From Chrysomallon squamiferum (taxonomy: Eukaryota; Animalia; Mollusca): a DNA stretch of 64,000 nt. The translations under genes and the position numbers were made by a program. Below are positions 1-18,648 of the stretch, piece by piece (the stretch's first letter is position 1; each line of letters opens with the position of its first letter). The notes beneath the pieces are model-generated. The model was not told the DNA's origin. It saw nothing but the letters and a program-made list of their open reading frames with translations, and searched no databases. The stretch covers positions 47,988,001 through 48,052,000 of the forward strand of contig CM022665.1 of the NCBI GenBank assembly GCA_012295275.1, in the 5' to 3' direction.

Positions 1-689
1 ACTTTGTTGGGCCTTTTGCAGTTGTTTCATTTTGTTTTACTTATTTGATATAAAACTATTGGTGTTGATCATAAATAAAACTAAATCCTTCCCACGATAA
101 GTCAGTTTGGATCTAAGTAATTATTAAATCAACCCAGACATTGCCAGTCTTTTTTTCACACTGTCCTACATCAACTGGAAATAAACAAGAAGATACAGAA
201 CCTTTATTATTTTATTTTATTTCTTTTTTTTGTAATTATAAAAATAGGCTTTTTCACCTACTTGTTTGTGCGTTCAGCCATAATTACACTGCATTCTTTT
301 GTCCCTTGTATACAATTCTTACTGTCTGCACCATGTATATTTATTACTCTTGTTGTATGTCAGGTATATTAATAAACTAATTTGAACATTAAATTGAAAA
401 TGATGTGTTGTTTGACAATATGGGTGATAGCATCATTTGTAATGCAGAAAATTATTTTTGCAATATTGCATATATATCAGTAGAAAAAAAAAAAAACAAT
501 TTAGTTATTTTTATTTTCAAGAGTTTGATGGATTATACAGTATTGGTGATAACAAAATCTCAGTTATTTCTATTCAAAATTCAACAAATAAAATCAGTGA
601 TGCCTAAAACAAAGTTCAAATTGTTTTGAGTACAAGCTGTCTAGTATCAGTAAGAAATTAGCAAACTGTTTTGACTTTTTTAAAACTAA

Positions 690-1715
690 AAATGACTTAA
701 AGAAACTGGCAGAAATACGAAAACAGATTCAACATCATGTCATCCACTTTTGCAAAGTCACCAATTTCAGCAAATGCATCTTTGATAGCCAGTTCAATTC
801 TGTGTGCAGAGCAATGAATTATTAGCAACTATTCCCTGCCTTCAGTTTTCATTAGTTAGAGCACCAGTCAGTTTACAAACATTAACATTTGCTCCATCTG
901 CACAAGCACAAATAAGACATTTTGTGTACTTTTCACCACTAATGTCATAATCTTGGAAACCATCATCTACAGCATGCATGTTTGATATTGTCTGCAGATA
1001 CTGCTGAAATTGCTCATTTTTTGTCCCCTCACTACAATCTTCACATAAATTAATTCTTTTTTGTCTCTAGTTCTGCAGGATTCTGTGCCATCTTGTTCAA
1101 CTGACATAAATTTGGCACATTGTATCATCTGTTTGATATCATCTCTCATTGCTTGGGCAATACAGTGAACAAAGTCCCTACATGAGTGGTCATTGTCCTT
1201 CCCACTTATAAACTGCATCCCATTCTTCTTCTGCAATGGTAATCAGGGACTGATTGTCAGACATAGGTCTCTCCTGCATAACCAACCACAATGCTGTATT
1301 GCAATGATTCTTATATTGTTCTTTACTGGTTTTTCAAATCATTTTCCAATGGAATTAGAGCATGTAACATTATGATTTACTTTCACAGAAGCTGAATTTG
1401 TTTTAGAATCTGAACTGTTTTGTAAAAATTTCTTTTTAACCTAGTCGCGAAGGTTACCTGTTTTCACATGCCTTTGCACATTTGATTTGTATATGTAGCC
1501 TGTGACACCATCGATATAGGCAAGTAATCCGTCAAGCGACTTACCAGTTGTATATCTTAACTTGGCTTCATTTCTTATTCCCGTTATGCTTCCAGTACAA
1601 ATTTGCATTGTAGATTTGATATTTTATTGTTTTCATTTACCTCAAACCAAAAGTCATTGGAAAAATCCCATTTTTAAACGTTTCCATGTGAATGGATTCC
1701 ATTTTAATTAAAGTG
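690..1715 (-). mobile_element. Degenerate hAT-superfamily (ZNF862/C17orf113-like) transposase remnant
   Basis: Minus-strand translation gives broken pieces: a zinc-finger-like N-terminus (W.F..DFWF...C...KSNVQRHVKTG), FVHCIAQAMRDDIKQMIQCAKFMSVEQDG...KELIYVK, ADGANVN and IIHCSAHRIELAIKDAF. These match the first catalytic Asp region, the DGA motif and the CxxH motif of hAT transposases. Stops and frameshifts interrupt it. Confidence 0.75.
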
Positions 1716-1759
1716 GTGCCTGGTAATGCTACATTGAAGTTAAATACTGTAGCAAACTA

Positions 1760-2125
1760 AGTGATGTCACACTGTAGACTCTGACTGTCACTAAACGTGA
1801 TGTCACACTGTAGACTGACTGTCACTAAACATGTGGTGTCACACTGTAGACTGACTGTCACTAAACATGTGGTGTCACACTGTAGACTGACTGTCAGTAA
1901 ACATGTGATGTCACACTGTAGACTGACTGTCACTAAACATGATGTCACACTAGACTGTCACTAAACATGTGGTGTCACACTGTAGACTGACTGTCACTAA
2001 ACATGTGATGTCACACTGTAGACTGACTGTCACTAAACGTGATGTCACACTGTAGACTGACTGTCACTAAACATGTGATGTCACACTGTAGACTGACTGT
2101 CACTAAACATGTGATGTCACACAGT
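1760..2125. repeat. Minisatellite, ~36-bp unit, ~10 copies
   Basis: Unit actgtcactaaacatgtgatgtcacactgtagactg. Confidence 0.9.
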
Positions 2126-2287
2126 GGATGAGTCTAAAAACTGGAAGCATTAAAAATCATTGGGCATTAACTTTGGTGGAATTACACATGAGAAAAAGAA
2201 AAGAAAAAACAGAATTTGCTGGACGTTTTGGAAAGGAAATTAGCCATTCATTGAAAGATTTTGTCGAGAATGGAGTTCCATTCTAAA

Positions 2288-2718
2288 TCTTGTAAATAAA
2301 CAAGTGAATTTTGTCTAGAATTAGTTTCAGAGTTAAATGATAGCAACCTAACAAAGTTGTAAATAAACAAGTGTGTTTTGTCTAGAATTAGTTTCAGTGT
2401 TAAAATATAATAGTGTAATAAAAAGTTGTAAATAAATAAAAGTGTTTTGTCTAGAATTAGTTAAAAGATAGTAGTGTAACAAAGTTGTAAATAAATAAAA
2501 GTATTCTATGTGAATTAGTTAAAAGATAGCTATCTAACAAAGTTGTAAATAAATAAAAGTATTCTATGTGAATTAGTTAAAAGATAGCTATCTAACAAAG
2601 TTGTAAATAAATAAAAGTGTTTTGTCTAGAATTAGTTAAAAGATAGCTAACTAACAAAGTTGTAAATAAATAAAAGTATTCTGTATGAATTAGTTAAAAG
2701 ATAGCTATCTAACAAAGT
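2288..2718. repeat. Minisatellite, ~57-bp unit
   Basis: Unit ~aaagttgtaaataaataaaagtgttttgtctagaattagttaaaagatagctatctaac. Confidence 0.85.
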
Positions 2719-3099
2719 ACGAGTGTTGCTTATTGTCAGTGTGTAGGTTGGTGCTGAAGCCAGATGTTCTGTAAGACGAGCTGAGTGCTCCGCCCAGTCT
2801 GTGTAAAGAGATATCTCCAGCAATCAGCGGAGACTGGGCCAGTGAATGAGTGTGAAGTGAAAAATAACTTTGTGTTTAAACAGAGATTAGCCTCCGCTAA
2901 TACACTGTCATTTACCTCAGCCTCTCAGCCTGTCTCCTACAAACCAGTCCTAGAATTGAATTTCATCTTAAATCACGTCTAAGTGACACACATAAATGAC
3001 CATTGGTAAATCATCCTCTGACCAGCTCTTCATAGCAACATGTACAGATGACCACTCGTTAATCAACCAGTGATGAAATATATTTGTGTTATTTGTCGG

Positions 3100-3722
3100 A
3101 CAAATGTGCAATAACAGTAGTATTGACATTGTAATGTAATGTGTTTATCATTTTTTACCTAATAAATATACAATAACAGTACTACTAGTGTTATGTACTG
3201 TATTTGACATTATTTATCTGATAAATGTACAATAACAGTAGTACTATTGACAGTGTTGTGTACTGTATTTGACATTATTTATCTGATAAATGTACAATAA
3301 CAGTAGTACTACTAGTGTTGTGTACTGTATTTGACATTATTTATCTGATAAATGTGCAATAACAGTAGTATTGACATTGTAATGTAATGTGTTTATCATT
3401 ATTTATCTGATAAATGTACAATAACAGTAGTACTACTAGTGTTGTGTACTGTATTTGACATTATTTATCTGATAAATGTACAATAACAGTAGTACTATTG
3501 ACAGTGTTGTGTTCTGTATTTGACATTATTTATCTGATAAATGTACAATAACAGTAGTACTACTAGTGTTGTGTACTGTATTTGACATTGTTTAGCTGAT
3601 AAATGTACAATAACAGTAGTACTACTAGTGTTGTGTACTGTATTTGACATTGTTTAGCTGATAAATGTACAATAACAGTAGTACTACTAGTGTTGTGTAA
3701 TGTATTTTACATTGTTTAGCTG
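3100..3722. repeat. Minisatellite, ~61-bp unit
   Basis: Unit ~ctgataaatgtacaataacagtagtactactagtgttgtgtactgtatttgacattatttat. Confidence 0.85.
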
Positions 3723-5288
3723 GTATCTTGCTGTGACTCTCTCACAGATGTGTTTAATTAGACTTTGTGGAAATGTCTGGTTTTTCTATTCAAGTCCGGC
3801 TGCTGTGATTTCAGCCTGAGGCCAGTGTTGGTCCTGGAAGACTGGTCTTTACAGCTTTCTGCAGTCACAACAGTCGACTCTGTGCAGAACAAACACACAG
3901 TTTATTAACTTTTCATCTGTCACTTAATTACCCTGTCTCCAGTAAATGTTGAAGCTAAAAGTATTTTCTAGTTTATCATTGTTAATGTTTCAGTAGAAAT
4001 GTTAGTTAAACAGCAGATAAATAATTGTTTATAATGCAAACAATAAATTGTCACTGTTAATAGGTGTAATGTACTATTAATAAGTGCAGTACACAGTCAC
4101 TACTATTTTACACAACATGTAATTACTAATGGTTTGCCCAAGATAATCACTACACAACAATGATCACTACTAGTGTTGCAAGAGATAATCACTGCTAACA
4201 TACACAACAATAATCTCTGTTAATTAGCATATTGTTGAGATTAACACGCAGTTTTGTACTAGTTAATGAGAAAAGCTGAGTGGGTGACAAAGACGGGAGA
4301 TGGTGTAATGTCCCTGCTGAGTAAATAACACAGTGGCTGACAGCTGAGAGGAGGAAGTGTCAGTGTTTACACCACTTTGTTCCTTTCTTCACCATATGTC
4401 ATCAGCACTACATCATTCTCCCCTCCACAAAACACCAGCATTTTTCATATACCTGCACACTCCACGTTTTTGTCCAGGTAGAAACTCTACCTGCGAACGA
4501 GAAGCCATTTAATTCCTCTCCTATGCAGATTCAAGCAATCCGTCTTGGTTTCATTTTGTACCTGTCTTTGTTGCTATGATCATAATTAATGCTGGTATTT
4601 ATCATGTGCCGGGGGGCGTTCCCACCACCTTTCAGAGAGGAGTTATTTTATCACATAATTTATTGGTATTAACATTTATAAGGTGTTCGGCCAGGAAATC
4701 GTTCTTGCCAGATCGGGTTTTTTGCTCGCTTTAATCACATGGCTGACACAAAACCTGTTATTAACAACAGAAGAAAACTGAAATCTGCCCTCACCTCTGT
4801 TTGTCATATTGGTCTTACACAGAACAGTCTTGTCTTCACATTGTGTGAATTAACAACAGTTTCCACCTTGTTTTTCTGTTTTCATAACGCTTTGTTACAT
4901 CTGTGTGTGTGTCTCAGTATCATATTTTCTCTTTTAACACCATATGAATTGTCAGTGTTTATATATCTACATTTTATTTACACACAGTGTAATGTGAACT
5001 GTCACCATTTCTACATCTGTATTTTGTTTACACAGTATAGTGTGAACTGTTAACATTATATGTCTATATTTTATTTACACACAGTGTAATGAGAGCTATC
5101 AATGTTTCACACACACACACACACACACACATCTACATACACATTCATATACATACATACAGAGAGAGAGATGGATTATTTATAAACAGAGGTTGTTAAA
5201 ATGCTATAATCAAAAATTGATATGCATGTAAAATGTCATTTAAAAAGTGTTCAGTGATAGGTGTATAAAAGTTAAGTTTGTTTTTAAG

Positions 5289-12224
<6,936 letters not shown>

Positions 12225-12244
<20 letters not shown>

Positions 12245-15168
12245 GATGTGTAACATCAGTGATATAAAGTACTCTGAGTGAACTGTATCTGGTGATATAA
12301 ACTACTCACTGAGTGAGATTTGTAACATCAGTGATATAAACTACTCACTGAGTGAGATTTGTAACATCAGTGATATAAAGTACTCACACTGAGGGAGCTG
12401 TGTATTATCAGTGATATAAACTACTCACTGAGTGAGATTTGTAACATCAGTGATATAAAGTACTCACACTGAGGGAGCTCTGTATTATCAGTGATATAAA
12501 CTACTCACTGAGTGAGACATGTAACAGTGATATAAAGGACTCACTGAGTGAGATGTGTAACATCAGTGATATAAACTACTCACTGAGGAAGATGTGTATC
12601 TAGTGGTATAAACTACTCACTGAGTGAGACTTGTAACATCAGTGATGTAAACTACTCACTGAGTGAGATTTGTAACATCAGTGATATAAAGTACTCACAC
12701 TGAGGGTGCTGTGTATCTAGTGATAAAACTACTCACTGAGTGAGACGTGTAACATCAGTGATATAATCTACTCACTGAGGGAGATGTGTATCTAGTGATA
12801 TAAACTACTGACTGAGTGAGATGTGTAACATCAGTGATATAAACTACTCACTGAGTGACACGTGTAACATCAGTGATATAAACTACTCACTGAGGAAGAT
12901 GTGTATCTAGTGATATAAACTACTCACTGAGTGAACTGTATCTAGTGATATAAACTACTCACTGAGTGAGATGTGTAACTTAAGTGATATAAACTCACTG
13001 AGGGAGATGTGTATCTAATGATATAAACTACTCACTGAGTGAGACGTGTAACATCAGTGATATAAACTACTCACTGAGGGAGATGTGTATCTAGTGATAA
13101 AACTACTCACAGAGTGAGATGTGTAACATCAGTGATATAAACTACTCACTGAGGAAGATGTGTATCTAGTGATATAAACTACTCACTGAGTGAGATTTGT
13201 AACATCAGTGATATAAACTACTCACTGAGGGAGATGTGTATCTAGTGATATAAACTACTCACTGAGTGAGATGTGTAACATCAGTGATATAAACTACTCA
13301 CTGAGTGAACTGTATCTAGTGATATAAACTACTCACTGAGTGAGACGTGTAACATCAGTAATATAAACTACTCACTGAGTGAACTGTATCTAGTGATATA
13401 AACTACTCACTGAGTGAGACGTGTAACATCAGTGATATAAACTACTCACTGAGGAAGATGTGTATCTAGTGATATAAACTACTCACTGAGTGAGATGTGT
13501 AACATCAGTGATATAAACTACTCACTGAGGAAGATGTGTATCTAGTGATATAAACTACTCACTGAGTGAGATGTGTAACATCAGTGATATAAACTACTCA
13601 CTGAGGAAGATGTGTATCTAGTGATATAAACTACTCACTGAGTGAACTTTATCTAGTGATATAAACTACTCACTGAGTGAGATGTGTGACATCAGTGATA
13701 TAAACTACTCACTGAGGAAGATGTGTATCTAGTGATATAAACTACTCACTGAGTGAACTTTATCTAGTGATATAAACTACTCACTGAGTGAGATGTGTAA
13801 CATCAGTGATATAAACTACTCACTGAGGAAGATGTGTATCTAGTGATATAAACTACTCACTGAGTGAACTTTATCTAGTGATATAAACTACTCACTGAGT
13901 GAGATGTGTAACATCAGTAATATAAAGTACTCACACTGAGGGAGCTGTGTATTATCAGTGATATAAACTACTCACTGAGTGAGACGTGTGACATCAGTAA
14001 TATAAACTACTCATTGAGGGAGATGTGTATCTAGTGATAAAACTACTCACTGAGTGAGATGTGTAACATCAGTGATATAAACTACTCACTGAGGGAGATG
14101 TGTATCTAGTGATATAAACTACTCACTGAGTGAACTTTATCTAGTGATATAAACTACTCACTGAGTGAGATGTGTAACATCAGTAATATAAAGTACTCAC
14201 TGAGGGAGCTGTGTATTATCAGTGATATAAACTAAACACTGACTGAGACGTGTGACATCAGTAATATAAACTACTCATTGAGGGAGATGTGTATCTAGTG
14301 ATAAAACTACTCACTGAGTGAGATATAAACTACTCACTGAGTGAGATGTGTAACATCAGTGATATAAACTACTCACTGAGGGAGATGTGTATCTAGTGAT
14401 ATAAACTACTCACTGAGTGAGACGTGTAACATCAGTGATATAAACTACTCACTGAGTGAACTGTATCTAGTGATATAAACTACTCACTGAGTGAGATGTG
14501 TAACATCAGTGATATAAACTACTCACTGAGGAAGATGTGTATCTAGTGATATAAACTACTCACTGAGTGAGATGTGTAACAGTGATATAAACTACTCACT
14601 GAGGAAGATGTGTATCTAGTGATATAAACTACTCACTGAGTGAGATGTGTAACATCAGTGATATAAACTACTCACTGAGGAAGATGTGTATCTAGTGATA
14701 TAAACTACTCACTGAGTGAACTTTATCTAGTGATATAAACTACTCACTGAGTGAGATGTGTGACATCAGTGATATAAAGTACTCACACTGAGGGAGCTGT
14801 GTATTATCAGTGATATAAACTACTCACTGAGTGAGATGTGTGAACATCAGTGATATAAACATCACTGTGAACTGTAAAGTGATATAAACTACTCACTGAG
14901 TGAGATGTGTAACATCAGTGATATAAAGTACTCACACTGAGGGAGCTGTGTATTATCAGTGATATAAACTACTCACTGAGTGAGACGTGTGACATCAGTA
15001 ATATAAACTACTCATTGAGGGAGATGTGTAACATCAGTAATATCAACTACTCATTGAGGGAGATGTGTATCTAGTGATAAAACTACTCACTGAGTGAGAT
15101 GTGTAACATCAGTGATATAAACTACTCACTGAGGGAGATGTGTATCTAGTGATATAAACTACTCACAT
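12225..15168 (+). repeat. ~2.9-kb satellite (35-42-bp variant units) starting in the last CTU1 codons
   Basis: Core agtgatataaactactcactgag followed by alternative tails (tgagatgtgtaacatc / ggagatgtgtatct / tgaactgtatct); the first copy includes the CTU1 stop codon. Confidence 0.92.
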
Positions 15169-17405
15169 TGATAATATTTATAATATTTTGAAGTAAGTGA
15201 GTGATATTCATCATATATTAATTATATTAATATATTTTGTATGTATGTCAGTTCATGTACTTGTCATTAAGCAAATTGTGGTTTATAAAACACTGTTTAA
15301 ACTGATTGATAGATTTCTTGTTATAACAAAGATTGAAAAATTTAGTTTTTAATGTTTTGCTATATATTTAATAATTAAAGACACATTGCTCTTTATACAT
15401 CTCTAAGACGTCATTAGACTTATGATTATAAAAACGTATTGTCTTGTCTTTGATTATACTGATACAGACTGAGATAAGTAATCTTTACAGCTGACTCACA
15501 ATTTAGAATAAATTCAATTCTCAACCTGTGCCCTGGTCAGGAGCTGACAAAGTATTGTGATGCTCTAAATACATTTATAAATGCTTACCCTACAAAGGTC
15601 ACTGTACTGTTACTAGTACACACTTTGGGATCCTAACCTTCAGAATTATTTGATAAAAGACAGAGAAATAGAAAGAAGTTATGAACCACTGTTCTAAATC
15701 TGAGGATAGTCTTCAGTGTTGGGGAAACGTTCTGTGTAACATTGCTAGTTTTGTAAATATTTCTTTCCTTCATTAATTAAAGTATGTATCTTCTTAGATT
15801 ATGAATTCTGGGTTGTTTAAATAATGTTAAACGTAACAAATAAAATGAACTTTTCTTCCAAGTTTTTACTTCAACAGATGATTAGCACCAGTTTGATGTT
15901 CCGATTTTTATATCATTTGTTTGCGTATATTCCATTTACATGTAATATTGTATTGTTTAATGATCTGTGTTTAATACATAGATATTTTCAAACAATTTGC
16001 AAGTTTTTAAAAATTAAAACAGTTTCAAACTTAACAGTTTATTGTTGTTATTTTTATTCTGTTCTTTGTCCACTATTAACAATGCTAACTGTCACTAAGG
16101 GCGCTTGCAGACAAGGCGAATCCATAACCTCAAACTATTACGCTAATATACTATATGTTTAAAAGCAGCAACAAAATAACAGAAAAATTATTCACAACTC
16201 TTACTCAGGAATGATCTCACAAATCAATCGAAACCGGCCAAAAATATTTAATTCAGTTAAATCTATCTCTGTTACGGTCGTTATAAAGAGAACACTTTAC
16301 CGTACAGTACGTGCAGGTTTTCATTGGTATAAAAACATCTTTATTTGACAATAATACAAAAAAAACAACACCAGAATACTTTCACAGTGAGGTGACGTTC
16401 AGCAAGTATCACGTAGTTAAAATTTCAAAAAAATTTCATTCCGTCTAATAATTTTATTTTGAAACTAAGACATCGCTATCAAAAATAGTTTTATAAGTAA
16501 AAATGTAACATAACTGTATTCAGAAATAAAACCTCACTATCAAAAATAGTTTTATAAATAAAAATGTAACATAACTGTATTCAGATATAAAACCTCGCCT
16601 TTCTTTGTGGTTTGTATTGCAAAAACTTGCGACATCAATGCGACTTGATAACCAAATATATCAAACAATCCTATGAGAAGAAATACGTGACGAATACAGG
16701 TGATATAAATGGTTCAACTCACCAGCCTATCGAATGATCAAAACAAAGTGGTCGATAATTATGTTTGTAAAGAAAGGTCTTAATAACCTTCTTGTTGATG
16801 AGTCTACGTTCCTGGACAGGTTATTTAATTTAAACAGCCTTTACCGCTGATTAATAAAAATGTCACCTGTTAATAAGAGTTTATTGTCTGTAACCGATGC
16901 ATGTGAATAAATTATATGTAGAAAGTTAAATATTAACGTTTATTTTCCAGAACTAAGTTTATATCGGTTTAAAATGTATTTTGATCTCTATATACTACTA
17001 TATAATTCTATAAATGGTTTTAAGCTGTCTGAAACAATAAAGTATTTAAATTTTATTTGACTTAGTCTGTGGATATTTGTCATTTACTAATATTTAAGTC
17101 ACCTGTTCATACATTTAAAAAAATTTTTAAAAAAATGTATACTTTTTCATGCGGCGTAGAAATTGTACATTATCATTTGTTTTCTTTAAATCGGCGAGTT
17201 TCTAATGAGAACAGCTGTTATTCAGTAGTTTGACACACGTGTCTGAAATGACATACACACAGACAGATGTACAGCAAACAACCAACTGACGCCTGTTTTT
17301 CACAAACATCTTCTTAACACGTGACCAGGTGAAATTTGTGTGTGGACAGGTACATCTAGTCCAGCCTAGTAAATAAACATTGATCTAATTGGTTATTTGC
17401 ATTTA

Positions 17406-17413
17406 TGACGTCA
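17406..17413. promoter_or_regulatory. Full CRE palindrome (TGACGTCA) ~65 bp upstream of the secreted-protein start codon
   Basis: TGACGTCA at 17406-17413, with further TGACG half-sites at ~17415 and ~17457. Confidence 0.4.
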
Positions 17414-17477
17414 CTGACGTCTGCTGATAATCCGATACTCTCACTTGATAATTCAGTGACGCGATCGTCCAACCAGC

Positions 17478-17551
17478 ATGCAGTTTATAAGTCTACACTT
17501 CTTAGTATGGGTAATATCTTATTATTTTTAATAAGTATATCACTGTTACTG

Positions 17552-17611
<60 letters not shown>

Positions 17612-18584
17612 ATGTGGTGGCGATATTAGTGGTGGTGGTAGCAGTAGTAATGGTAGTAGCAGCAGTAGTGGTAGTGGTATTAGTAATTGTAGTAGTATTG
17701 GTAATTGTAGTAATAGTAGCAATAGTGGTAGTAGTAGTGGTGATGGTGATGGCAATAGTAATGGTAATGGTAGTAGTAGAAATAGTTGTATTGGTAGTGG
17801 TAGTAGCAGTAGTAATTGTTGTTGTTGCTGTTGTTCTTGTAGTAATTGATTTAAGTAAGTGACTAAGAGTTAGGTATAATTATTTCAAGTGAAAAATTCA
17901 GCTAAAGTTATTTAAATTCTGTGTACAAAACATACGTAAAGTATTAATATGTAAACAATTTTTAACGAGTATTCAGACGGTCATAGTACATACATAGACA
18001 TGTTAGACATCAAAATCATGTGGATGTGTACGCATATTACTAACGTTTAAAAATCAATATACAGATAATTAGTTTTGATGTAGTTAACAATATAAGAAAA
18101 AAGAAGAAAAAAAACGTTCAAATACAGGCACAGTTGCAAAACATTTATGCACAAATATGCAAATGTAAACGAGCAAGTTGACTGTAAACAACAATGTCAA
18201 TAATATTAGAAATTAACATTTTTTCAGGTTTTTTCGCCCATTCACGTTTTTTCTCAAATACTCAGCAGAGGAACATATCCATGTGACGTGATTGTAAGTA
18301 ACCATGACAACACATTGTTATTTACTTTCAAACATGTTCAGTTCATTATCAACAAACATACTTTAGACCTGCTAATGTTTGGGTTTTGTTTTTCTATAAT
18401 TGTTATTATTATTTTTGAATTGATGTTATTTATTTATTAATTTATTTATTATCATTATTATTTTTTATAATAATATTTTTCTTGCTTGTTTGAATTATTT
18501 AAAAGTAACTAAACTAACCAAGATTTTATCTTTTTTTCATTTCGTTTCTTTTTCTTTTTTCTTTTCTTTTTAATTTATTTTGTT

Positions 18585-18648
<64 letters not shown>

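Noticed and set aside
4286-4330. KTGD peptide resembling the missing CTU1 RPKTGD junction
   Set aside because: Flanking residues lack CxxC/RP, a stop follows and there is no suitable donor; probably chance
17508-17629. Alternative signal peptide MGNILLFLISISLLL followed by poly-Val
   Set aside because: Runs into a (GTA)n microsatellite; ATG 17478 with donor 17510 splices cleanly in phase to exon 18228
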